From Nemertoderma westbladi (taxonomy: Eukaryota; Animalia; Xenacoelomorpha), in NCBI GenBank assembly GCA_032718475.1, contig JAUCBJ010007905.1:1-63094 (forward strand): a DNA stretch of 63,094 nt, written 5' to 3'. Positions 14,270 to 25,800 of the stretch are shown here, one piece after another. The notes beneath the pieces were generated by a model, which worked only from the letters and a program-made list of their open reading frames with translations, ran no database searches and was not told the DNA's origin. Every line of letters starts with the position of its first letter. Position 1 is the first letter of the stretch. Position numbers and translations under genes: made by a program.

Positions 14270-14590
14270 CGCCAAGCCGCCTCAGCTTTGCAAAACGCCG
14301 TGAGAACCAGCCTGTGCACAATCTTGTGCTTTGGTGTCTTGAGCTTCTTGTCCACCTTGCTTATTTTCTCCATGGGGCTTATGGAGAAAATAAGCAAGGT
14401 GGACAGGACAGGAGAAAATAAGCAAGGTGGACAGGACAGCCCATGACTTTAGTGAGACGCCTCCTGAAGGATACGGGCCTTGAAGATGCCGATAATCTCG
14501 CGAAAGTCATGGGGGATAGGGATTTGTGGTGGTGCAACTTTGTTGACAAGCGTGCATAGCATTCTTTTTTAAGCCGGCATAGCATCTCAA
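14270..14590 (+). mobile_element. RTE-like LINE 3' fragment with internal inverted/tandem duplication
   Basis: Aligns by eye with 41170-41400 (e.g. GGACAGCCCATGACTTT...GGCCTTGAAGATGC...GTCATGGG). Confidence 0.75.
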
Positions 14591-14599
14591 TGTGCAGCT

Positions 14600-15960
14600 T
14601 CAATGCAGTCTGATTGCTGTAAAAATTTCCTCAGAATGAACTCAACATACATTCTGAAAATAATTCTAATGTATAGCTTGCAGCAATCATGTCGAAAATG
14701 TTAGGTCGCCCTTCTTGGGAACTGGTTATTGATTATTCTTTCCATTTCCTGTGGTGTTCTCTTTGTTCTGTAATGATGGGGTGAATGAGCTCCAAACACT
14801 TAGGTTTTAAAGACCTTAGGAAGGATACTGTCTGCACCACTACTGGTAAGTGGTAAATTGGTCTTAATGGTCTTAGTTTTTTTGAGCCCACCCAGACTCA
14901 TTATGTGCCTTAGCAAGGTCCAGCCAATAATTCTGATAGTCAATCAGGGTGCTTTCGTGATTCAATGATATACAGAAACTGTTTCTGCACTGCTACCTCA
15001 ACTGCTTCCCGTACTGCCCTCGCAGCGATCTGCTGCCTCAACCGCTTCTGTGAATGCAGTACTCCCCTTGCATCGATCTGCTGCCTCGATTGCTTCTGTG
15101 AAAGTAGTACCAGTACTGCCCTCGCAGCGATCTGCTGCCTCAACTGCTTATGTGAAGGCAGTACTGCCCTTGTAGCGATCTGCAACCTCAACTGCTTATG
15201 TGAAGGCAGTACTGGTACTGCCCTCGCAGTGATCTGCTGCCTCAACTGCTTCTGTGAAGGCAGTACTGCCCTCGCAGCGATCTGCTGCATCAACTGCTTA
15301 TGTGAAGGCAGTACTGCCCTTGTAGCGATCTGCTACCTCAACTGCTTATGTGAAGGCAGTACTGGTACTGCCCTCGCAGTGATCTGCTGCCTCAACCGCT
15401 TCTGTGAAGGCAGTACTGCCCTCACAGCGATCTGCTGCCCCAACTGCTTCTGTGAAGGCAGTACCGGTACTGCCCTCGCAGCGATCTGATGCCTCAACCG
15501 CTTCTGTAAAGGCAGTATTGCCATCGCAGCGATCTGCTGCCTCATACCTGTTGCTTAGCTGCAATGTGAAGCTAAGGCTCGGGTAAATTACATCAATTGC
15601 AGTTTTGTACAGAGCCCATGTATTTCTTATGAAACATTATATGGAGGTTTATCGAGTATGAGTACATTTATAAATGTTCAGTTCCCTTCTTGAACTGGGT
15701 ACTTGCCGAAAACAATTCTTATCCAGAATTGAAGTCCTGAAGATGGACTGAATTTCACTGTCCCTATAGACCCACGGCGGACGGCGCTGATTAGGATTGA
15801 TGTAGATTTGCATTAAAGTCACCCAGGAAATTAAAGAAATCATGCTGATCCACTCAATCAGAAGCTGCTTGTAGATTTTGGTAGAAAATTTCCCACCTCT
15901 TCTACTGGGGCAACACTAGTTGGAGAGTAGTACACAATCAGAACCACCTTAGGCAATTTT
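14600..15960 (-). mobile_element. Degenerate LINE fragment, AP-endonuclease region
   Basis: Minus strand encodes YSPTSVAPVEEV and GDFNA (15810-15824); nucleotide homolog of 43600-43735; boundaries approximate. Confidence 0.6.
14995..15545. repeat. 48/54-bp minisatellite, ~11 copies
   Basis: Unit AGTACTGCCCTCGCAGCGATCTGCTGCCTCAACTGCTTATGTGAAGGC, with a 6-bp longer variant. Confidence 0.93.
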
Positions 15961-16068
15961 GGTAACGGATGATACGGTTGGAACAAATCGTAATAATAAC
16001 TGGCAGGCCTAATAAAATAAAGAAATTAAGAATTCAAATTAAATTCTCGATAATTTGCAATTTTGTAG

Positions 16069-16154
16069 GTGCGGTTGCAGCGACAGAAGAGGAAACCATT
16101 TAGGTTATTTTGTTCCCTGGGGCCCTAATGCTAGAGGAGAGGACGACCAATGCC
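16069..16154 (+). CDS. Thyropin-like gene A, exon 3
   Basis: TTTTGTAG acceptor; CGCSDRRGNHLGYFVPWGPNARGEDDQC (CWCVD..G equivalent); 86 nt as in paralog; donor GTTAGT. Confidence 0.88.
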
Positions 16155-16329
16155 GTTAGTGTAAAATTACAGTAGAGTGTGGTTCTATAGTACTGTGGTA
16201 GGTTCTTCACGTGTTTCTATAACACGGTGAACAATAGGACATAGCGCTGTCTCCCTCCATGCACCTGAAAGCAAATGGTTGTTCGAGTCTCAGCGCCATA
16301 GGTATGGTTCGGGTTACCGGAAAGGGGTC

Positions 16330-17522
16330 TGTAAAAGCTTTTGTGGGATAACTGATTCGTTCGCCTTGCTAACCAGTTCCCCCCAGGCGCTGGAATACTC
16401 TCAAAAGGGATCTATAACTCGAATAGTGCAAGCTACCGGCTGATTGGCTGATTTGCTGTGCGAAGGGATCTGGGCTATGTTTGATCGTCCAACCAGCTTG
16501 GGAAGGTTGCTCCACAGCCCTGCTTTCTGTACCTGCCAATAGGATTTGAGTTGGTTTTGATTTCTACCTATCACAGATCTACTGAACTGAATTTTCCTAT
16601 CTGTATGCTCTTTCTCTGTGGTGGGTGGAAGCTTTTGTAAATAAGGTTATTCTTATCAGTTTTCAGTGTTGTTGGTCTTTCTGTCCTGAGCCAGGAGAGA
16701 ACGGCTTGTAAATATTTTGTGCTTTTCTGTTTTAGTCTAACACTAGTAGGCTTAATTATAAGGACATATACCCGTTATCACACTGCAAACTCAAACAAAA
16801 CTGATGAACAAAACAAACCAAGTCTGCATGTAACACTGTGCATACTTTATATTGTTATACTGCTATTTACTGTCGGTCCTTCATAATATGGTTGATGAAT
16901 TATTATATTTGGAATAACGATAAATAACCCCGAAACCCAATATTCTTGATATACCGAAGGTAAGAGAGAAAGGTTATATATAACGATTGTGACTTATGTT
17001 AAAGTGGTTTGAAGTGAATCTAATGTTATTTGATAGACCCTACATGAGTCGGTCCGTGTTCCTTTTATATGTGACTAAAATCAGTGAAGATCGGCAGATT
17101 AGTGTGCAGTATTGTGCAGCATTGTGTATGAGTGAGACTGATAACGAAGCATTTCCTAAAGAATGCGCCATATATGTGAATTATAACTAAGCCATATCGT
17201 TGTGAGTAGTTTAAGTCATAACTCTGTTTATATAGATAGAGCGCCACGTCCTAAAGGAACTGTTAATATTTCCCGAAGGTGAATAATATTGTCAGAGATT
17301 ATATAATACTGTCAGTCGAATAATACATTAGGCTTACATAGCAATAAGATTAAGCCGTCGAACCCAATCTCCCGGGTATATCCAGCGGGTGAATGATCGC
17401 GCATAGATTGGTTTCGACTAGTGTAGTGAATCAAATACTTGTCATAGGCTAAAAGTGATTTATTATCTAAAAGACATCCTAATTTGGCGGGTTAAACTGC
17501 CAAAGGTCTAAAAGCGCGAACA
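16330..17522 (+). repeat. 5' LTR (1193 bp)
   Basis: Direct repeat of 33859-35051 at constant offset 17529; one mismatch seen by eye (T16565/G34094). Confidence 0.97.
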
Positions 17523-17672
17523 ATAACGGATATCTAGTCTGTATTGCAGTGTAGGCATGAAATACAGTTTAATATTGTTCTGGTAAGAACAATAACGGAT
17601 ATAGCTTCTTTATTGCAGTAAGCAATAAAGTTGAAAGTACCGGTCAACCGGTAAACCTGAACGGTCCATCTG

Positions 17673-17787
17673 TAGGTCAGTAGGCCCAACTGCCAGAACC
17701 GGTACTGCCGTAGGCCCGTAGGTCCAACTGCCAGAATCGGTACTTCAGTAGGTCGGTAGGCCTAACTGTCCTAACTGGTACTTCCCG
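17673..17787. repeat. ~38-bp imperfect tandem repeat x3 in retrotransposon leader
   Basis: GTAGGYC.GTAGGYCYAACTGYC...YGGTACT read three times. Confidence 0.7.
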
Positions 17788-17961
17788 TATAAGTACATTA
17801 GTATTATTCGATTTGATTATTATATGCCGGTAGGTCTTAATAATTAATCGGGGACGCCTGGTTTTTATTGGGATTTTACTTAGGCCTATTTCTGTAAGTT
17901 TTATTTATTTGTAGGCCAGTATTGAACAGAAGGCGTGTAAGCCTGATCATATTGTACAGAC

Positions 17962-18525
17962 AATTTGTAGGCTGGGCTGTTGTCTGATTGCTGTTAAGTC
18001 TGAACGGATTACAGTGTGTGTAGGTCACCTGTCCGATAAAGAACGGTTAGGAAGTAGGGGCAGCCAAAGCTGTAAGGTAAACCCCCGTCTAAAGAATAAG
18101 TCGTACTACTGGGTTAGAACGCATACTACCTAATCATTTCGGAGTCTGCATGTCCTGTAGTTTATTTAGGCTTGAGAGTAGTCTGCCATCGTTTAGTCTG
18201 TACTTTGTTTGTGTAGTCTGTACAGGTAGCGTATAATATTATTTAGATAATTTGTAGGCTGGATAGTTGTCTGGCTGTTATTAGGTCTGAACGGATTGCA
18301 GTGTGTGTAGAGCCCTTGTCCGATAAAGAACGGTTAGGAAGTAGGGGCAGCCAATGCTGTAAGGTAAACCCCCGTCTAAAGAATAAGTCGTACTACTGGG
18401 TTAGAGCGCATACTACCTAATCATTTCGGAGTCTGCATGTCCTGTAGTTTATTTAGGCTTGATAGTAGTCTGTCAGTATTTAGTCTGCATTTTGTTTGAG
18501 TGGTTTGTACGCGTAGCGTAATATT
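17962..18525. repeat. 287-bp tandem duplication in retrotransposon leader
   Basis: CCGATAAAGAACGGTTAGG at 18033 and 18320; core nearly identical, flanks diverged. Confidence 0.9.
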
Positions 18526-19840
18526 TATTATTCAGAGTTTATGCGATTATTAGCAACATTCATATCCCCAAGTTTGTTCCTACAATAATTGTGTTTGTTA
18601 TACATACCGCTATAGTTAAATTAACCCCGGTACTACACGGGCTGCTTGGCGTAGGTAAAGACTGGTGATTTTGTGCATCGGTCACTCCAGCAGATGCCAT
18701 GGTTCTTTTAGCTGTTCAAGTATATTTAACTACTGATTATATGTTGTACAAGTACTCGTACCTAATTTAGGGTTTAGTGTACAGTGCTTTCCGAAAGTAA
18801 TTAGTGTAGGCATTACATTTGTGTTGTAAAGTGGTTGATAGGCTCTATTAACTTCTAGGTGGGAACACTCCGTGATACATAACGTAGTACCTGTAGCGAT
18901 ACGGCTATAGGTCGTCAGGCGGTGGTATTTTCCTATCTGGACAACGCAGTGTACTTACTACTACGTATTATTTTCAAATACCGCAGTACCCTGTCAGTTG
19001 TAATAACCAGATTTCTAACCCTTTGTTAGGCTGGTTTGTAGACTTCTTGTAAAATTACCCTAAAAATTAGTATTTTGTGTTTTTTGTAAATTTTTGTGTT
19101 TATTTAGAGATTGTAATCTCACCCGAATTGTACGTAATTTGTAGTATTAAGTAACTTAGGTAAATTAGAATTATTTGTTTTAGTGTCCTATAAGTAACAC
19201 TTCACTGAAAGCGCACCGCTTTGTGTAGTGATTACTCCCCAGAAATAATAACATTTATTTCAAACATTGACAAAACCCATTAAAACGGGTATATATATAT
19301 TATAAATCAAATCTAACGATTTATAAATAGTAGGCCTACCATACAACCATTAGGTCTCAATATCAGTTGGACTACTGCTTAAATAACGGTAATAAAGTAA
19401 GTAAAGTAACCAAGTAACCCTAAAAATTCAGAAATTCAATTATTTAAAATAATTGATATACCGGTATTTACGATAGGCCTATTATCTTTATTTCTATAAA
19501 TTTAGGCTGAAATTATACCGGTACTTGTAATTAATTCTAGTCCAGAATTATATATACTACAAACTGTAAGCTGTATACCGGTATTCCCGATAGGCCTATT
19601 ATATATTTATATATATTTGTGCTAAAATTATACCGGTATTCTGTGATAAACCTAGTCTGTAATAATACTTATATAGTTATATATACCATAAGCATACCGG
19701 TGTTCTAATATATTATATATATATCCTACTACACTGAGTAGCAGTATCGGTAATTAATTACTAGGCTAGCAGTTAATACTGAATTACTAGACTTGCTCAG
19801 ACTGTAATATAGCAGTAGGTATTCAACTGTACACACAAAC

Positions 19841-22800
19841 ATGTCTGATACTAAGCAGAACCTGTCAGACAGTTTATTAGATGTAACTATCTGCGACTCA
19901 GATAGAGACGTAGAACCGTCTGGTCGTAAGTTCAGTTCACCTCCCACTGTGAGGAAGGTCATCCCTCCAGTAGTAATAAAAGAACCTAGGCTGGTCCAAC
20001 ATCGTAGGTCTATCATAGGCACTCGAGCTCAGGTCAAGCGGGACCAAGAAGCAGCGGAACAGCAACAACACGCGAGCCAAGAACTTACTTCTCAACGGCC
20101 CAACAGCTCCAGTAGTGAGGATACTGTAGAACTGACACCAGAACGCGGAGCAAAGATGATGGATGCGGTTTATTCGGATCCCCTTCTCATCCTTCCTGCA
20201 GCCGTACTCACTAGGTTATTGATTGCAGTGGAAGAACACCAGATCGATTGGGCGAGAAGTCAACGATCAACTAAAGATAATTATGCGGGATACATGAGTG
20301 AAGAACTGAAGTCTATTGTCGAGTCGCAATGGAACTTCCCCGGACCCGGACTCCCGTTTGATTTATCAGAAGCTGCCTGGGAAGACATACACCGGATCGG
20401 AGTAGCCAAGGAAACCATCGATCCAGCTGTGTGGAAGAGGTCCGCAGCCGGATACGCACAGGGATTCTTCAGCTCTATGGAGAGAGTAGAAAAACAACTG
20501 TTACAACAACCTCAAGGACCTCAAGAGCAGGGACAGCTGCTTTATCAAGTTAGAGAAAGAATTCTACGAATCAGGTTAATATTATCGGCCTTTGAGGAGG
20601 CTTCTAAACGAAGACAAGACACGTCGTTGCAAGTTGCCGTAAAAACTTGGTTTCAACGGGTGAGTCGCCAGGTTCAAGGAACAGCTCAGTGGAAAGCTCA
20701 GCTGGAGGAGCGCTCAACCCATGGAGAATCAACAGACGCTACTTATTCCCAAGTGGAAAGTGAAGCGACGGCAGAGAAACCGCATAAGAGGGATGCCATT
20801 GACATCTATCTGTCGGACTATCAACGTTTTTTAGGTGATGACGAATTGAGGAGAAGGTTAGATGGACTTAGCCCTAATAGCGAAGGAACTCAGCTTGTGT
20901 TGGATGCCATCGATGTGGAAATGAGGGCCGCGAATCAAGCTAAATTCGATGAACAACTCCGCATCGCTAGAGAACAAGAAGAACAAGTAAGGAAAAAACG
21001 TATAGAAGACAGAAAGATAGCAGCAGTGGCAGAGGCAGAAAGAAAAGCGACCTTGGCAGAAGCAGCGGCAGAGGCAAAAGCGGCAGCAGCAGAAGCAGAG
21101 GCAAAGGCAACAGCGGCAGCAGCAGAAGCAGAGGCAAAGGCAACAGCGGCAGCAGCAGAAGCAAAGGCAGAGGCAAAAGCGGCAGCGGCAGAGGCAAAAG
21201 CGGCAGCAGTGGCGGAAGCAGAACGGAGAGCGGCTGAAGAGATCGCCCAACTGGAGTTGGAAAATCTTCAAGAGAAGCAAGACGACTTCAGTAAACAGTT
21301 AACAGCTAGTAATATGCAGATGATGAATCGATATACTCCCAAAAGACAGGGATATACATCATCTGAAGAAGGCGATACCACCGATTCTGAAGGCAAGAGA
21401 AATAGATCTCGTCTAAGTAGACGTAAAAGAACATTCCACCGTCACAAATTGCCTGATTTGCCTCCAGCTGTTAGAAGGCAACTAAATAACACCAACTTAG
21501 GCAGCACAGAACCCACAGACCAAATAATTAAAATAGAAAGACTCTCTACTATAGTAGATGAGCCTGAAATAATTAGGCCTGTTTTTGAAATCACCCCTTC
21601 GGTGATAGACACACCTGTGCTCCCTGAAGCTACCTCTAAATTCCCTCTGCATAGCACTAAGCTACCTGTGCCCAGTAGAACTGCCCAGGAGACAGTTCAG
21701 GTCCTGGACCCCGAGCGAAATATTCCTGATTTGTCGCCCGTTGTCCCTCGTCCGCCCGCTACGACGTTGGCGGATCCCGTTTCGGCGGTTGATTGGGTGG
21801 ACGAGAGACGGCGGGGGATGGACATTCTCCTCGGAAAGATGGAGGAGAATCAAGCACGCTCCTCTCAACAGGTCCGAGAGTTAGAAGGGACTGTTCAACA
21901 GTTAAAGGGCACAGTAAGGGAAAGTAGGCTAGAGTTGCAAGAAGTGCAGCAAAATATCGCGCTAGAACGCGATAAATTAGTAAATTTACAAAAGGGTATA
22001 CCACCACCCCCTGTAACAATGTGTCAACCTGTTAGGTCTGAAGTATCTCATGCACAAGGTGTGGAGCCTACACGCATCTATACTGCTAGCGAAGTAGAAA
22101 CTCCTATAGTGAACCCTATTAAGGGTAATTATAGACCTGTTGATAATGACATTCCCTATAGACCTGATCATAATCCGAGAAATTTATATACCGATAACTC
22201 GATATTAAATAACACGATGGCCCAAGAAAGTTTTACGCGTCAAATGGCTAGAACCGAAGCCCGGCAAGCGGTGAAGGTGGGAGAGATAGTCAAATTCAAT
22301 GGAGATGAGATGAAATGGTTACCTTTCAATGAATATTACAAAGATAACATACAGAACTCTGTACTATCTAATGGAGAAAAACTTAGATACCTCATCGAGT
22401 GCTTGGAAGGATCTCCCAAGTTAATGGCGTTAAAGTTTATTGGACATCCAGACGGATTAAGACAAGTTTGGGATACACTAAACATCAGGTATGGTAATAG
22501 GAATAACATCGCTGGGTATTTGTATGCAAAGTTGGTAGCGCCCCGAAAGTTTATTAGCAGCGGGATTATCGAGTTTTCCGATGAGATCCAGGAGATCTGC
22601 AGACAATTAGATTGGCTAGGTAAGTCTCATGAGTATCAGAACACTATGGTTATTAGAGCAGTGGCTTCTACTTTACCGAAAGGTGGAGTAGGTACACGCT
22701 GGGATAAGAAAGTGTTATATATGATGGAACAACAACGACGAGACCCTACCATGGCTGATCTCATGTCGTTCCTAGATGGAGAAGTGAAATTACAGCTCCT

Positions 22801-25800
22801 GAAACTGTCCAGAGAGAAGACACCGGAAAACAAGGTAAGTGAAAAACCCGTCTCTAGGAGAAAGGTAACACCAGTGTGTTATACAGACGACGGCGAAAGC
22901 CAGACTTCTCAAGGAGAAGATAGCGGGAAAGACACTGAAAGATCTTATTATGTCAATAAAACACCTAAAGATCAGGTAAGTAAATTCAAGTCTCGAACAA
23001 ATGACAGGAGAGAACAGGTAAGAAAAACTCCTCCTACGTCTCCCAAGAGAATTCAGGTGAGAAAGCCCGAAGAAAAGGCAAGTGTACACAATGTGACTCA
23101 GAATAAGGTAAGTAACATCAAACCGAAATGTGCGCTGTGTGACGGGACCCACCATTTGAATAGGTGTGATGAATTTCTAAAGAAATCATTAACTGAGAGG
23201 CGTGAAGTCATGTGGGACAAGCGGTTGTGTTATAACTGCCTCAGACAAGGACATCAACGGCGAACCTGTTACTCAGACATAAGGTGTGCAAAGTGTGGTG
23301 CGAAACATCATATCTTGTTGCACGCTGAATTCGATCGAACTAGTCCTAATCAGGTAAGTGATTCCGAACTACATGTCCAATTCAGTGATGTGAACGACAC
23401 TGATCAATCTGAGATGGAAGGATTCTATACGGACGAGTTCTCCGACGAAAACGAATCCTGTTACATGATAAATACCGCAGTGTATCGAGCACTCACATAT
23501 GAAAAAGATACAGACAGCGACTTCATTCTAACTACTTCTGAGCGACAACCATCGTGGAAAGCACCAACTTCCAATGTAGGAATCCGAGAATTTCCTGTAG
23601 TCCAGTTATGGGTCCATGGACCTCAAAGGAGCTATATAGTGAACGCCCTCCTGGACTCCGGCAGTACAGGAACATTCATTGATAAAGAACTAGCCGAAGA
23701 CATCTTCGCTGGACAACCTAAGTTCCGAACCAAGCTAAATATGTCAGGCATTATGCAAGTTTGGAAATCTACAGTAACAGCGGACTATTATGTAGGCGCG
23801 TTGTCCACCCCCCAGGACGAACTAGGAGAACACAGCATAAGGTCAGTGAAAATGGTGGCTATAAAGAACTTCGCTACTACTCAGGCAGACCTTTATAATT
23901 GGGACGAGGATGAGAGCATCCAACATCTTAAGATACCTCGTTTCCAGACTGATTATCCTGGAGTGTAAATACTCATCGGCCAAAACGCGCACAAGGCGCT
24001 GGAGACATTAGAGAAACGGCCTGCTCAACCTCAGCCACTACAGACCTATGCGGTAAGAACTAGAGTAGGTTGGTACTTTACTGGCCCTTCCCGTAGAACA
24101 CTCAGAGAAAGACTACCGCAAGAGCACGTCTGCCAGGTGAGTGAATGGGAAGATGATACCAGTGAGGGAGACAACTTAACTGAGGGAACTCCATACTCCT
24201 CAGATAACGACGACGTTCACCAGCTTTTTGATGAGGAGAATACCATCGATCTCCTTAAGGAAAACGAGGCTTGGCAAACCCAAGTGAACTTATGTCAACT
24301 TCTCTATCCATCTGAACGAGAAGCTTATAACGACGAGTTAAATGACGTCATTGAGCGTTGCAATGCCAAGACTCGAGATGAACATGCCGTACGATTCTTT
24401 ACGCAAGAGGCGTTAGAGCCCAATTCCTACGATAAAGCCTTGTCAGTGGAAGAGGAAAGGGCCAAGCAGATCCAAGAGACAACTACACGTTTCCTCAAAG
24501 ATCAAGGTAGGTATGAAGTCGGTCTACCTTTCCGCAAGAGAGAACCGAAGTTCATCAATAACAGACCCTTGGCGGCAAAAAGAATCGCGCAACTCCTTCG
24601 ACGCCTTACGGCTAATTCTTCAGCTAAAGCAATGTATCAAACACAGCTGGAGAAATTTATTAGTAAGGGATACGCGGAGAGAGTACCGGAAGAAACACCT
24701 GTGACTGAAAGAACGTATTACTTAACTCATCATTACGTTCCTAAACCCGGTAAGCCACATGAAGTGAGAGTAGTGTTTGATGGCTCCGCTCTTTACATGG
24801 GTCAATCCCTTAACTCTGACTTGTTACCCGGACCCAACTTACTTCAATCTTTGTTGGGAATTCTTTTAAGATTGAGACAATATTCGATTGCTTTCGCCTC
24901 CGATATAGAAGGCATGTTCTTACAAGTCAAGGTGTTAGATAGGGATCGAGATAGTCTACGATTTCTGTGGTGGCCCGAAGGAGACCTCAACCAGAAACCG
25001 GTGGAGTACTGGATGACCATCCAGGCCTTTGGGATAATCTCAAGCCCTTCCAATGCCTGTTCGGTAGTGCGTACCACTGCAGAGGACAACCGAGAGGCCT
25101 TCTCTAAGGAAGTGATCGACAACATCAAGAGAGACATATATATGGACGACAATCTGAAGTCCCTCCCATCAATTGAGGAAGCCATTGAGGTCGCTAAAGG
25201 AACGGTAGAGTGCTTAAAAAGAGGTGGATTTCGATTAACCAAATTCACCAGCAACTCCCGTGAGTTTCTGGAGTCGATCCCTGCGGAAGATCGAGGAGCG
25301 AAAGATCTCGATTTGATCAAAGATGATCTGCCAGAAACCAAGACACTCGGCTTGAAATGGGACACAGAGAGAGATATCCTGTTTTTCCAGCTAAAACAGC
25401 GAGATAATCCAGTTCGAACCAAACGGATTTGCTTAAGTATACTGAGCACTTATTTCGATCCATTGGGATTTATTAGCCCAGTTATATTGATTGCTCGTAG
25501 TTTGGTACAACAAATGTGGCTTGAAAACCACTCATGGGACGATCCACTTAAGGGAGAATTATTGAAGAAGTGGATGAAATGGGATGATTCTCTGCCAGCT
25601 ATCGAGGATTTTATAATTTCCCGTTCATATTTTGGTCATGTTCTCCCTACGTATTCCTATCAACTCCATGTGTTTGGAGACGCCAGCGATATGGGAATAG
25701 GTATAGTAGCCTATCTAAGAGTGGAAACTCCGGATGGAATCAAAGTCGCCTTGGTTACTTCTAAGGCATTAGTCAACAACAAGTTGAAAGTTCCTCGAGC

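Noticed and set aside
14965-15489. Cys-rich 174-aa ORF resembling a metallothionein or keratin-associated protein
   Set aside because: Translation of a 48/54-bp minisatellite inside a LINE remnant; several frames on both strands are open for the same reason.
16801-16830. CTGATGA as a hammerhead ribozyme core in the LTR
   Set aside because: No stem II or GAAA follows.
16996-17247. Short ORFs duplicated at 34525-34776
   Set aside because: Identical only because they lie in the LTRs; no recognisable protein features.
20858-21280. Antisense Cys-rich and Leu/Pro-rich ORFs
   Set aside because: Shadow frames of the GCA/GAG-rich Gag repeat.
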